Below are positions 17,359-28,022 of a DNA stretch of 60,740 bases, one piece after another; the first letter of the stretch is position 1, and every line of letters starts with the position of its first letter. This DNA comes from a virus (taxonomy: Duplodnaviria; Caudoviricetes). Under the pieces are notes generated by a model, which did not search any database, was not told the origin of the DNA, and saw nothing but the letters and a program-made list of their open reading frames with translations. Position numbers and translations under genes: made by a program. The stretch covers positions 1-60,740 of IMG/VR virus record IMGVR_UViG_3300044825_002458; one strand, 5' to 3'.

Positions 17359-20208
17359 TTACTTCTTCCTTTTTGCCTTGGTTCGATTCTGTTCGAATTC
17401 CCCGAGCCATTTGATGAACTCGGGATTCACACTATACTGAGATCCCCGGATGTGATTAACCGCGCGGTGACTGACCAGTGTGCTAAGCAGTCGGCGCGCG
17501 ATCATTGGATCACCGCTAGTCACGTTGGCCAGTGTATCGGGTGAAACCTCAGACACCGACCCAAGCAACATCAGCAGTGACGTATCGTTGGACAACAAGT
17601 CATCGAGCTCCCTAGCGAGCTTCTCTTTTTCCCGAATACCAGCTTGAGTCGAATATCGATCATAGCCGGCAGTAGGTTTCGAGTAGAAGGTGTCGATCAA
17701 CATGGAGGCGTATTTGACGTGCTCTTGTTTCACGATGAGCTTTTCGCCGCTCTTGTCGCATGAGTAGACGCGCGCAGCGATTGCTGCTGCAATCTTAGCG
17801 ATTTTGAATCGAATGTTAGCTCCCTGGATGAGAGGGATATCGCATGCTGGGTATTTCTCCATCAAGAAGATAGATTCTTCAGTGATGGTCTTTAGAGCTA
17901 CGTCGGTGAACTTGATCTGATCTTCAGTCCTAGACCATGCCCACAGTATGAGGTTCCTGAATGCCTCCACATCGAACTTATCGCTGTCGTCGGTGTTCGG
18001 TATGGTGAAGGTATTGATCTCGTCAGTGTTTACCTCATCATCGCCAATGAACAAAATGTAGTCGAATCGACGGATGTCTTCGACTGCTCCGATTAGTTCC
18101 TTGGCCGCTACTACACCATACGGGTAAGACGAGAGCAATCTACCAGTCCTTGTATTTGAGAGCCAGATCATTCGAGTCAATGCCTCGGCTCGATCATTAC
18201 GGACTTTTGTTGACTCCGCCACACCCTCGCTTCGGATTCGAGTCAACTTGCCGATGTCATTCACAGACATTGAGCTCATCTCGTCGATTAGCACCAGTCG
18301 ACCATTATTCATGGGTAACAAGCCCCACCGAATGATCCACTGCTTTCCGATGGATTCAACCGCTGCAACAAGACCGGCGTATGTCGACCCCTCACCCGAT
18401 GCTACTTGGCCTAGTCCATAGTAGTCAAGCAATCCCTCAGCGATTGACCCCTTACCCGTCGCTGAGTCACCGAGCACCAGGATATCGAGCATACCACGCT
18501 TGAGCCTCATCCCATTCAACGAGAAGCTCTTGACCGAATGGAATACAAGGTCAACGGATATATGGAGATCGGACCTACCTGGGATCTTGGTGATGTTCCT
18601 CCACTGCCAGTCAGCAATCTCCTTGATCTTTTCTTCTAGTGAGTTGTTACTTGAGACTGAGAACAGCGCTGATAGTCGTTTGCGATCGCGTGGGCTCAAC
18701 TCGAACGCTTCAACATCGGTCATGCTGATTGAAGCTCGAGGCGCAACGATTGATGCCAGCTGATTGTTCGGATCGGGTAGTACTCGACCCTCAAATGTGT
18801 ACTCTCGAGTCGGTAGTGTTCCTAAGTCGGCAGGGACTAGTGTGTTCGCAGTGACGTGGCGCCTATGACCAGATCCGATGGCGGGATTCAAGATGAGCTG
18901 AGTCAAGTACTGCCTAGATACAACCTCAACCTGACACCCGCACTCCGGCGTAGCGAACGAGAACCCAGCTTTGTTCTTCAGCTTGGTCATTATGGACGAT
19001 TTGCTCCCGCCCACATATTCCAAGAAGTCAAGCTCGTTCGGGGTAATGGTTACTTCTTTGAACTCATGATCCGTGTCTTGCATTGGGCACGTATCACAGG
19101 TCTTCTTACAGGACACACGTGCGGTATGTGGTACGACAAACGGAGTCATTGACTCGCCTGCAATACGAGCCTTGAACTTAACCTCTCGTTCGATCAAGGA
19201 GCTGTCGCTGACGACGATATCGAGCGGAGCCTCTCGAACATCTTGATCTACCACCGAGTCCGGGTTCTCGAGTTCAGGCTGAAGCTTGTCCATCTTAGCT
19301 TCCCAAGCATCGGCGGACCGCATCAGCTCGGACCCCTTCATCCAGTCCGATACGTCTTTGCCAGCATGCTTTGGAATCTTGATCCGGTATACCGCTTTAG
19401 CGATCGACCGAAGGGCCTTTAACGGTCGAGTCCAGAACCTATTACCGTCTTTGTCGTTGTCGTAGGCAATAACCACATCTAAGCCGCGGAAGTCTTCGTT
19501 GTACTCGTCGTTCCATGACTTGACTCCCGCGGTGCACGTTATCGCTGCAATACCAATGGATATTAGAGCAAGTGTGTCCCACTCACCTTCGCAGAGAACA
19601 ATGCGCCCATTACAAGTCTCCTTGGCCATAGCAAAGGAGGAAAATGGATACAGCTGTGTCGGTGACCCGAATGATCGACTTTCATTTGGGTCACGGTAGT
19701 TAATCATCTTCGGGCGACCCTTCGCCTTGGCGTCAACATCGTATTGCTTGGTGTTGATGACCTGTCCCCACCGGTCGTAGATGGGGAACACAATACGGCG
19801 GCCGTTGTATCCGAGGTTCATTCGGTCTCGGACTTCGTCGCTGACCATTCGACCTTCGATGTAGCTCTTCATCGGTTGACTCTGAGCTAACAAGCGCTTC
19901 CACTGCCTTACCTTCCTCGGTTCGATCGTCGGGTGGATGAACTCAGAGTAGATCTGGCTAGCCGCATCTTCGTGGCTTACCTTGTTGGCCTCGCTGTGGA
20001 ATTTGACGATCGATCTTCCCGCAGCGGAACAGCCATGGCAATAGAATGCACCTGTGTCCTTATTCAGATGCAAACTTGGAGTCTTCTCGCTATGGAAGAC
20101 GCACAGCACTCTAGCTTCGATTGCGTCTGGCCATCGGATCTCACCGAACACCCTCGAGTAGTATTCAGAGGGCGAAACTTTCTTACGGACGTAATCAGCG
20201 AGGCTCAT
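17359..20208 (-). CDS. Primase-helicase fusion: CHC2 zinc finger + TOPRIM + MCM-like AAA+ helicase
   Basis: CVFHSEKTPS..FYCHGC; LCEGEWD and AYDND; LDILVLGDSATGKGS, GLVAAV, LIDEMSSM, RRFD. Confidence 0.88.
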   Translation of the reverse strand: MSLADYVRKKVSPSEYYSRVFGEIRWPDAIEARVLCVFHSEKTPSLHLNKDTGAFYCHGCSAAGRSIVKFHSEANKVSHEDAASQIYSEFIHPTIEPRKVRQWKRLLAQSQPMKSYIEGRMVSDEVRDRMNLGYNGRRIVFPIYDRWGQVINTKQYDVDAKAKGRPKMINYRDPNESRSFGSPTQLYPFSSFAMAKETCNGRIVLCEGEWDTLALISIGIAAITCTAGVKSWNDEYNEDFRGLDVVIAYDNDKDGNRFWTRPLKALRSIAKAVYRIKIPKHAGKDVSDWMKGSELMRSADAWEAKMDKLQPELENPDSVVDQDVREAPLDIVVSDSSLIEREVKFKARIAGESMTPFVVPHTARVSCKKTCDTCPMQDTDHEFKEVTITPNELDFLEYVGGSKSSIMTKLKNKAGFSFATPECGCQVEVVSRQYLTQLILNPAIGSGHRRHVTANTLVPADLGTLPTREYTFEGRVLPDPNNQLASIVAPRASISMTDVEAFELSPRDRKRLSALFSVSSNNSLEEKIKEIADWQWRNITKIPGRSDLHISVDLVFHSVKSFSLNGMRLKRGMLDILVLGDSATGKGSIAEGLLDYYGLGQVASGEGSTYAGLVAAVESIGKQWIIRWGLLPMNNGRLVLIDEMSSMSVNDIGKLTRIRSEGVAESTKVRNDRAEALTRMIWLSNTRTGRLLSSYPYGVVAAKELIGAVEDIRRFDYILFIGDDEVNTDEINTFTIPNTDDSDKFDVEAFRNLILWAWSRTEDQIKFTDVALKTITEESIFLMEKYPACDIPLIQGANIRFKIAKIAAAIAARVYSCDKSGEKLIVKQEHVKYASMLIDTFYSKPTAGYDRYSTQAGIREKEKLARELDDLLSNDTSLLMLLGSVSEVSPDTLANVTSGDPMIARRLLSTLVSHRAVNHIRGSQYSVNPEFIKWLGEFEQNRTKAKRKK

Positions 20209-20242
20209 GCTTTCACGTTGACTCCGACCAGTTCAAAGTAAA

Positions 20243-20424
20243 GCACCGCTGCCCCCGACGTAATGGCTCATGGGATTCGATATACCCCCAGGTCAAGGGG
20301 GTCGAGTATGGACGTGGGCGCGGCTACCAGAGCGTTTTGGTCTTACCACATCCACACGACGAGATTGCTCGTCAGGCCATGAGCGCTCGACCGGTCAGAA
20401 TCGTTACGTCGAGAGCAGCGGTAC
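20243..20424 (-). ncRNA. Putative structured RNA (multibranch) between the SSB and primase-helicase genes
   Basis: 21-bp outer stem, 8-bp second stem, 12-bp inner stem and further hairpins; mismatches on + become G-U pairs on -. Confidence 0.65.
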
Positions 20425-20465
20425 AAGTATCAAAGAGCGATTGTCCCAGTCGGTGGCTAGAAGGG

Positions 20466-21542
<1,077 letters not shown>

Positions 21543-21545
21543 TTG

Positions 21546-22316
21546 CTAGCCCTTGTTGGTTTGGGTTTGGAACGTGTTGTAGAACGCCTTGCCGTCCAGA
21601 CGCTCCAAGCCATCTGGGCGGTTTCGACGAGTTCGGTCTTTAGCGTATACCGCCTCCGAAGGTTGCGTAACCAGGGTGCGGATCTCGATCGGCTTTCCGT
21701 TCTTCTTGGCGCGAGAGAATCCACAGTACCCCGCCACAGATACCAACGGAACGATCACCTTCCATGCGCTCTTGCCCATGTCAGGCATCGTTCGATCGGT
21801 CTCGATGATGCGCGTCTTGACGGTTTTGATCGTCTCGTGGGCGATGAAGACAATCCCCGTATCCAACGCCTTCAAGCGCCCGAGGAACGTCAAGAGCTCT
21901 TTCTTGAATGCTCGCCAGCCCTTTGCAAACCCCGCATCGCCCAACGAGTCGATGCCGAGCTTCTTGCATACGTAGTCTTCGGCGGCATTCGCCCAGTCAT
22001 CTACGTGGTCCACAGCAATGATGTTGTACTTCGGCGAGTCCTTCGACTCGAGAAGCTCCAGGACCTTCAAGAAGTCCAACCATGTCGAGCACTCGATCGC
22101 CATGGTCTTCAAGTGTCGTGTGCCTCGATCCGTGGACATGAAGAGGACGTTATCGTCCATATCGTTCACGAAGGTCGTCTTCCCCACACCGGGCGGCCCA
22201 TAGAAGAGCATCACTTCGTCTTTCGGGCCGCGGGACTTGATCGACTTTTTCGTCGGCAAGTTCGAGATGGAGCTTTTTGCTCCGAGTGGCTTCTTGAGCC
22301 GAAGTGCCTGTTTCAA
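21546..22316 (-). CDS. Sak4-like AAA ATPase / annealing protein
   Basis: FYGPPGVGKTT, TDRG, IAVDH, VFIAHE, YAKDR. Confidence 0.85.
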   Translation of the reverse strand: MKQALRLKKPLGAKSSISNLPTKKSIKSRGPKDEVMLFYGPPGVGKTTFVNDMDDNVLFMSTDRGTRHLKTMAIECSTWLDFLKVLELLESKDSPKYNIIAVDHVDDWANAAEDYVCKKLGIDSLGDAGFAKGWRAFKKELLTFLGRLKALDTGIVFIAHETIKTVKTRIIETDRTMPDMGKSAWKVIVPLVSVAGYCGFSRAKKNGKPIEIRTLVTQPSEAVYAKDRTRRNRPDGLERLDGKAFYNTFQTQTNKG

Positions 22317-22395
22317 AGGGAAGCTCCTGTGTCAGTCAGAACGCGATCGACAATAACGAATGGCAGTTACAATTGCACGTTCTGAGAAAGAATGG

Positions 22396-22647
22396 TTAGA
22401 CCTTTGACCTGATCCGGTGGTTAAGTTCAGTCATCCCACAGACTGAACATACCGCATTCCCATCGATGACCTTGAACTGGTGACCGCATCGATGAATGTA
22501 GCCGAAAGCCAGCGAAGCCACCAATGTGGAGGCTTCAAACTTCGGCCTATCACCGATAAACCCGCATGAGCATTCACACTCGGTGGTCATGACCTTGGCC
22601 TGATCCCAAATCGCTGCGAGGTCAGAGAGTCTAGATTGTCGGCTCAT
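22396..22647 (-). CDS. Small Cys-rich (Zn-ribbon) protein
   Basis: CECSCG, CGH, CSVCG. Confidence 0.55.
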   Translation of the reverse strand: MSRQSRLSDLAAIWDQAKVMTTECECSCGFIGDRPKFEASTLVASLAFGYIHRCGHQFKVIDGNAVCSVCGMTELNHRIRSKV

Positions 22648-23740
22648 CTCCAAGCTCCCGGTGCATCGACTCGATTTGCGTAAGACCGAGCGATGTCCCC
22701 TTGTCGAGACCTCTTGTGCAGAGGTCGTGATACTCACACATCTTGAAGTAGGCATTACAGTGAGAGTCGTTGGTATACCAGGCATTAGGCTTCGTTACGA
22801 AGCTTGTGTTACAGAACTCAGTAAACTGGGCATGAGTCAGCAAGAGATTCAAGCAGAACTCAGCCAACTGAGACCGAGTGAACTGAATCCTCTCGCGGTA
22901 GAAGTACTTGCTTGGCTGAGAGGTGTAGTCTGCAATAACCCGATCCCTGAACTCAGCCAACGGTTCGTTGCTCTTTCGCCTGAGCTTAGACTTTTGGGTC
23001 ACGTTGTAGACAATGCCCGATACTGGTTCTTCGGTAAGCATACTCAGGGCCAATTGATACCCTTGGATCTGAGTGTCCAAAGCCAGCCGTTGGATGTACT
23101 CGGGGGTGATGAGCGAAGCGGTCTTATGCTCGAGGCCCCAGTTCGTCTTCTTCTCCCTGAAGACACCATCGATCGACCCCGCATAGAAGAATGGACCCAT
23201 GTCGATCAAGAACTGGCGCTCGATGCCGATGTCTCGATCGAAATCCCACACCTCGCGATCACCCTCGTAGATCTTCGCATATCCATTGAGCATACCTTCG
23301 AAAGTGTTGACCTGCATCTCCATCTTCACTGCATCTTCTTCATCGAAGAGCGCCGCGCTTGTTCTCATCACTTCGGTGAGTTCCTTCATGGCCATGGTAG
23401 TGATCTTGGCCATAGACGACTTCTTCGACTTGTACCACTTGCCAAGGCACTCGTGGAACTTAGTACCTACGGCCAGCGCGGGCGATCCAACTCGAGGCAC
23501 TAGCCTCATCAGATACTTCCAGAAGAACTTCCGCGGACACTGCCTAAAGAGTTTGACGGATGAGGCCGTCCAGATCATCTTTTCGGGGATGATGACCTCA
23601 CCATCAAACGGATTGTGGATGATGAGCCTTCGTGTCTCGGGTGGAAGCTTAGCATTGAGCTTCTCAAGGAACTTGCTCGATGCCTTAGCGGACACGACAT
23701 GCGTATCGGCTTGAAGCCCCAGTTCAATTGGATTGACCAT
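22631..23740 (-). CDS. PD-(D/E)XK (RecB/Cas4-like) exonuclease
   Basis: QCPRKF, GTKFH, IE, GSIDG, EHKT, QIQGY, C....MCEY..LC. Confidence 0.88.
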   Translation of the reverse strand: MVNPIELGLQADTHVVSAKASSKFLEKLNAKLPPETRRLIIHNPFDGEVIIPEKMIWTASSVKLFRQCPRKFFWKYLMRLVPRVGSPALAVGTKFHECLGKWYKSKKSSMAKITTMAMKELTEVMRTSAALFDEEDAVKMEMQVNTFEGMLNGYAKIYEGDREVWDFDRDIGIERQFLIDMGPFFYAGSIDGVFREKKTNWGLEHKTASLITPEYIQRLALDTQIQGYQLALSMLTEEPVSGIVYNVTQKSKLRRKSNEPLAEFRDRVIADYTSQPSKYFYRERIQFTRSQLAEFCLNLLLTHAQFTEFCNTSFVTKPNAWYTNDSHCNAYFKMCEYHDLCTRGLDKGTSLGLTQIESMHRELGDEPTI

Positions 23741-24087
23741 CAGAATGGCTCCTCAATCAAGTAGTGCTTCATGGTGTCGATACCCTTTGCGGTACTCACT
23801 TCGCGAGCACTACGGATGATTCTGAACTTACGCTGGTTGAACCAGACTGGTTGACCATCGCTCATGTCGGTCTTGAAGTGGAAGTTGAACTGGGCCACTT
23901 CGATTTCGCCACTCGGATACTCCTTCAAGAAGCGAGTGATTTTGACACCGCTCTTCCGTTCGTAGTGTCGGAGGATTGCGTCGATGGTTTCGCCGCACGG
24001 TTCGCCATGCACACAGGGGAACGGGCTAACACATTCACCGTTAGGCAGGATGAAGCAGTTGTCTCGGATCTCTTTGAACTTGGTCAT
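23740..24087 (-). CDS. Hypothetical protein
   Basis: ATGA-coupled; ECVSPFPCVHGEPC. Confidence 0.55.
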   Translation of the reverse strand: MTKFKEIRDNCFILPNGECVSPFPCVHGEPCGETIDAILRHYERKSGVKITRFLKEYPSGEIEVAQFNFHFKTDMSDGQPVWFNQRKFRIIRSAREVSTAKGIDTMKHYLIEEPF

Positions 24088-24515
24088 TGGTTTGGTTTGT
24101 GGGGAGTTGGCCAGATGTATGGGAGATTGTTTGGCTCGACCCATCCGTATCGACCGTACCAGGTTGGGTCTTTTCGCAGGAGGTTCGATCGATGAGAACT
24201 GTGGAAGTCTTCGTAGAAAATCCACCAGGGCAGCTCAATGCGATCGGGTAAGTCGAACAACTTCATGGTGTTTCGAAAACCTCGCCTACACCACTCGACG
24301 ATCGCTAAGTTGTGATAGAGCTTCAGCGCGTCCAGCTTACCATCCCACATTATCCTAGCCGGGTGGTTTGCCCAACCTTTGACTACCTCACCCGATTGGA
24401 TCTTGATAGTGGCGTTAACAAGCTGCATGGCCTCTACTCTTTGTTTGCCCAGCCTCTTGTTGTCGAGCGATTCGACCGATCGACGGAAGCACGGGTATGG
24501 TAGAAACGTTTGCAT
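24084..24515 (-). CDS. Pyrimidine-dimer DNA glycosylase-like protein (MSMEG_6728/DenV-related)
   Basis: MQTFLPY..F..S...LD.KRLGKQRVEA.Q, NHPA..MW, H.SHRSNLLRKD..WY, PYIWP. Confidence 0.9.
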   Translation of the reverse strand: MQTFLPYPCFRRSVESLDNKRLGKQRVEAMQLVNATIKIQSGEVVKGWANHPARIMWDGKLDALKLYHNLAIVEWCRRGFRNTMKLFDLPDRIELPWWIFYEDFHSSHRSNLLRKDPTWYGRYGWVEPNNLPYIWPTPHKPNQ

Positions 24516-25924
24516 TACTTGAACAGGTCTTGTGGTCGTTGACCGAGCCGTAGTTGTTTGAGGATAAAGTCAGCCAGATCTGTCTTCTGACGGACAGACT
24601 CCAGTGACTTCAAGTCAGGTGAACCCTCAGTCACAAGATCATAGTAAGTGATAGAACGATGCTTCTCAGATCCAATTCGTCTGATTCTTCGTTCTGACTG
24701 CAGCCTTGACATAACGCGATCGCTGTGAGAATAGTAAATCGCGGTATCGGCTACAATCAGCTCGTTCATCCCAATGCCCGAATCAGCCTGGCCTATGAAC
24801 ACTCGGACTCTCGGATTGTCTCGGAATTGTCTCCTTGCCTCATCCTTCTGATCCTTCTCCTTACCGTAGAACCGGACATTGCTCACTTTCGCCTGACTCA
24901 GCGTTTCACTGATCTTGTCGATCTCCGCAGTGAAGGCCGCCCAAACCACTATTTTCTTCTTCCTTGCAAGTTCGTTCTTGATGAGGTCAATCAGCAATGC
25001 CATCTTTGAACACTTGAGGTATTCAGGCTTACCCCGAGCTTTACCCTCTACCTTAGGAGGGTATACGAAGCCCCCTGCAATATGCCTAAGCTTAGACAGC
25101 TTGACTATAACGTGGTCGATGTCGAATGATCCGCCTTTGAACTCGTACTCCCATTCTTCAATCACCTTCTTAGCCCTTCGGCTTTGTTCAGGCGTCATTT
25201 CCACTGACCTCATCAGCCTACGAACCGGCGGTAGTTTCAGAACGTCGTCCTCATGGACATGGAACGCGATTGTCGATAACAGTCGGGGAATCGTTCGATG
25301 ACTTTCGCTCTTGACTATCCACATAGGCGGAGCCGGAGGCCTTAGCTTGATGAAGAAGCGGTTCATGAACGACCACCAACTAGTACCGAACGTATGACCG
25401 CCGTCTATCACCATCGCCTGTGACCAGATGTCCTCCCATGCGTCGTTAGTGAGAGGTGTACCTGACAACACAAGTCGCCTAGGAATTCGCTGACTGATCT
25501 TGACCACCGCTTTGGTCTGAGCAGCTTTCCACCTCTTGATGAACTGTGACTCATCCGTTATCAAGCAATTGGCATCGAACTCGATAGCTTGATCTTTACT
25601 AGACCTAGCCCGCCCATACGTCAACATGAGCCACTTGGTCTCAGGCGGCATCTTCTTCCAGTCCTTTGGACTTTCGATTCGATGGATGCGTGAAGCATCC
25701 TCACCCTCTCGCTCAAGCTCGGACTCCCAGGTCAAGAAGTCATCACGACGGCAGATGATCAGGACCCGCTTAAAGGACCTTGCATATCGAATCGACAGGA
25801 TGGTCTTGCCCGTACCGGGGGCCATGAACACACCCGCTCGACCTCTTCGCTGAATAATAAACTTCAGCGCATCCTGCTGATACGGCTTTAGCTTCCGATA
25901 TCCTTCAACAGCCTTGACTTCCAT
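24515..25924 (-). CDS. SNF2-like helicase
   Basis: PYQ, GTGKT, DESQ, LSGTP, GIGMN, QSERRIRRIG. Confidence 0.9.
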   Translation of the reverse strand: MEVKAVEGYRKLKPYQQDALKFIIQRRGRAGVFMAPGTGKTILSIRYARSFKRVLIICRRDDFLTWESELEREGEDASRIHRIESPKDWKKMPPETKWLMLTYGRARSSKDQAIEFDANCLITDESQFIKRWKAAQTKAVVKISQRIPRRLVLSGTPLTNDAWEDIWSQAMVIDGGHTFGTSWWSFMNRFFIKLRPPAPPMWIVKSESHRTIPRLLSTIAFHVHEDDVLKLPPVRRLMRSVEMTPEQSRRAKKVIEEWEYEFKGGSFDIDHVIVKLSKLRHIAGGFVYPPKVEGKARGKPEYLKCSKMALLIDLIKNELARKKKIVVWAAFTAEIDKISETLSQAKVSNVRFYGKEKDQKDEARRQFRDNPRVRVFIGQADSGIGMNELIVADTAIYYSHSDRVMSRLQSERRIRRIGSEKHRSITYYDLVTEGSPDLKSLESVRQKTDLADFILKQLRLGQRPQDLFK

Positions 25925-26892
25925 TTACTAACCTTGGGCTTTACCTTGAACTTGGTAACAAAGTTGGCCACGCTCATCATCTCACGAGTGGCTTTACCCG
26001 CGAATCGATGGAACTTTGGGTTTATCAGTGTACCGTCCGGCTCAATGCGTTCAGCCCTTACTTCAACTTTCCTCCCCCGTAGGACGTTGATGTTGTCCAT
26101 CTCAGCCAGCAGCTGAGGCATGTCCGGTGGGAACTTGGTCACTTCCAATTTGAACCTATCCATCGATACCACGATCGATCGGATATACCCGCCAGACGAA
26201 TAGGTCCACTCGACTACTTTACCGAATACCGAGACAAATGGCTTTACTAGGTAAGCTCGTGAACCGCCCTGATCGTGTTTGAGAACCCAGCCCTCGATAC
26301 CCATCTCGAGGGCTTCTTTCTCTAGGTAGTTACGTCGATCGGCCACCGTGGATAGCCGCTGGAATTGAACCATGCGCTTCACGGGAATAGCGAACATGGT
26401 CGGGAACTCAAGCGAGCTTAGCTTAGATAGTCCTGCAGTGGGTGACTCCCACAGGAGTGAATTACCATCATAGTAGGGTAACCCGACCGACCATATCTGG
26501 AAGTCGTTGCCGGATTTTCGAGCTTCAGCCGCAACCCGTCGTGAGAACCCGGGTACCATCAGTATACCCTCAACTGCACTCTTTGGTGGTATACGGTCCT
26601 GGATCATTTTGTACCATGGGTGGTTTACGAAATGCGGGAATCGGTAGGTGTATTCGAAATCATCGTCTACCTTATCACCAAGCACCGCAATACGACCCGA
26701 CGGCTGAACCCATGCAGTGACCCGAATTCCTGTTGCCCATTCCTGGATCACCGATGACATGCCTAGCGCCTGACCGGCCCACAGTTTTATCCGAGGCCAT
26801 TCGATAGCCCAATTGGATAGACCGGGCAAAGGCCTAAACTGTGGAACGGCCTGTGAGATAGGCCGTATCACTGAGCCCCGCCTCCAGGACAT
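25888..26892 (-). CDS. Degenerate ATP-dependent DNA ligase-like protein
   Basis: Motif IV EGWVLK, motif V-like VKP, OB-fold GRKVEV......G.L.NPKF.RF; motif I reads QEWATGIRV with no Lys. Confidence 0.65.
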   Translation of the reverse strand: MSWRRGSVIRPISQAVPQFRPLPGLSNWAIEWPRIKLWAGQALGMSSVIQEWATGIRVTAWVQPSGRIAVLGDKVDDDFEYTYRFPHFVNHPWYKMIQDRIPPKSAVEGILMVPGFSRRVAAEARKSGNDFQIWSVGLPYYDGNSLLWESPTAGLSKLSSLEFPTMFAIPVKRMVQFQRLSTVADRRNYLEKEALEMGIEGWVLKHDQGGSRAYLVKPFVSVFGKVVEWTYSSGGYIRSIVVSMDRFKLEVTKFPPDMPQLLAEMDNINVLRGRKVEVRAERIEPDGTLINPKFHRFAGKATREMMSVANFVTKFKVKPKVSKWKSRLLKDIGS

Positions 26893-27146
26893 TACTGACG
26901 AGCGCTCCGGAAGTTGATGATCCGGACAATCTTCCCGATGGTAGCCGTTGAGTATCCCATGATCGACGCGATCCTCGCCTGAGTGAAATGGGGTACGAGG
27001 GCCTCAACTAGCCTGACGGTCGACTCGGGAACCGGCCGGCGAAAACTTGCAGACATCTCGAAGTCGCCGGGCTTGTAGCAGTACTTACGCTTCCGCTTCG
27101 GCCGGTTGCTGTTGATGTAGAACGACGCTTCACGGGTTTTCTTCAA
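26892..27146 (-). CDS. Small HTH protein
   Basis: FTQARIASIMGYSTATIGKIV helix-turn-helix. Confidence 0.7.
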   Translation of the reverse strand: MKKTREASFYINSNRPKRKRKYCYKPGDFEMSASFRRPVPESTVRLVEALVPHFTQARIASIMGYSTATIGKIVRIINFRSARQ

Positions 27147-27355
27147 CTTGGCATCTCCATTGATTGTTGATTATCGGGAGGTGATGGTTTTTCGAACTCC
27201 GGTCTAATGCCGGTTAGTTCTTGCAGCAGATCAGAGAACACCTTTGTGTTGGTGTTCACCCCTTCGATTAGTTCATCGAGAGATTGCTGTAGTTTATCGA
27301 TTCTGCGATTGAAGTCAGCCGCATATTTCAGAAGTTCATGTTGGTGGTAACTCAT
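27143..27355 (-). CDS. Hypothetical coiled-coil protein
   Basis: Coupled ORF. Confidence 0.55.
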   Translation of the reverse strand: MSYHQHELLKYAADFNRRIDKLQQSLDELIEGVNTNTKVFSDLLQELTGIRPEFEKPSPPDNQQSMEMPS

Positions 27356-27963
27356 GTGAGTAGGTTATCAGCGGATTTGGCTTTTTCAATGAGAGCGTCA
27401 CGGTCAGAGGCTTTTACTGACCTCATCAACGAGGTAACTAGTTGTTCGACTGGGCCAATCTCACCGATGATAGACCCGTAGAAGTTGATTGTGGGGATCT
27501 CATCCCATTGGGCCGCCACTGTTCCCCATGGGTGACCTGGTGATTTTATTGCCGGGTGGTCGGTCAAGGCGTTCAGGTCATACACAGTTCGCCATACGCC
27601 ATCTCTATGGAACGTGAGGTAGAACATGGCCGAGTCCCTTCGTAGGCCGTATTCAACCACACAATAGTTCGCTTGCGGCAACTTCCCATACTTGGCAAAA
27701 TGCGCAGTGATCACGGCTTGTAGGCCGCAGGGCGCAAATAGGTAACGATGCCATCGCTTGTATGCCAACAGCCTACATGCAAGGCCCATGTGTTCGACTA
27801 TCTTACCTCGAGTCGCTGATGATACGTTGAACTCTTCACCGGCTCGGTAGTAGAGCTCGGATGTTCCTGGCGTATGGTTGCGAATCACCCACTCATCTGG
27901 GGATCGCATGGCTTCTATCAGCGCATCGACTCGAGGATAGTACGTCATTTGGCGAGTCCCCAT
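27352..27963 (-). CDS. Hypothetical protein (first gene of the leftward operon)
   Basis: 203-aa ORF next to the divergent intergenic region. Confidence 0.6.
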   Translation of the reverse strand: MGTRQMTYYPRVDALIEAMRSPDEWVIRNHTPGTSELYYRAGEEFNVSSATRGKIVEHMGLACRLLAYKRWHRYLFAPCGLQAVITAHFAKYGKLPQANYCVVEYGLRRDSAMFYLTFHRDGVWRTVYDLNALTDHPAIKSPGHPWGTVAAQWDEIPTINFYGSIIGEIGPVEQLVTSLMRSVKASDRDALIEKAKSADNLLT

Positions 27964-28022
27964 GTTATCACATTTTTTCGCCCTGTTCAGTTCGCTGTTC
28001 GAAAATGCGAGCGTTTTTCGCG

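Noticed and set aside
20355-20380. Hammerhead ribozyme (CUGACGAG on the - strand)
   Set aside because: The required GAAA after stem II and the NUH cleavage arrangement are absent; the segment forms a simple hairpin
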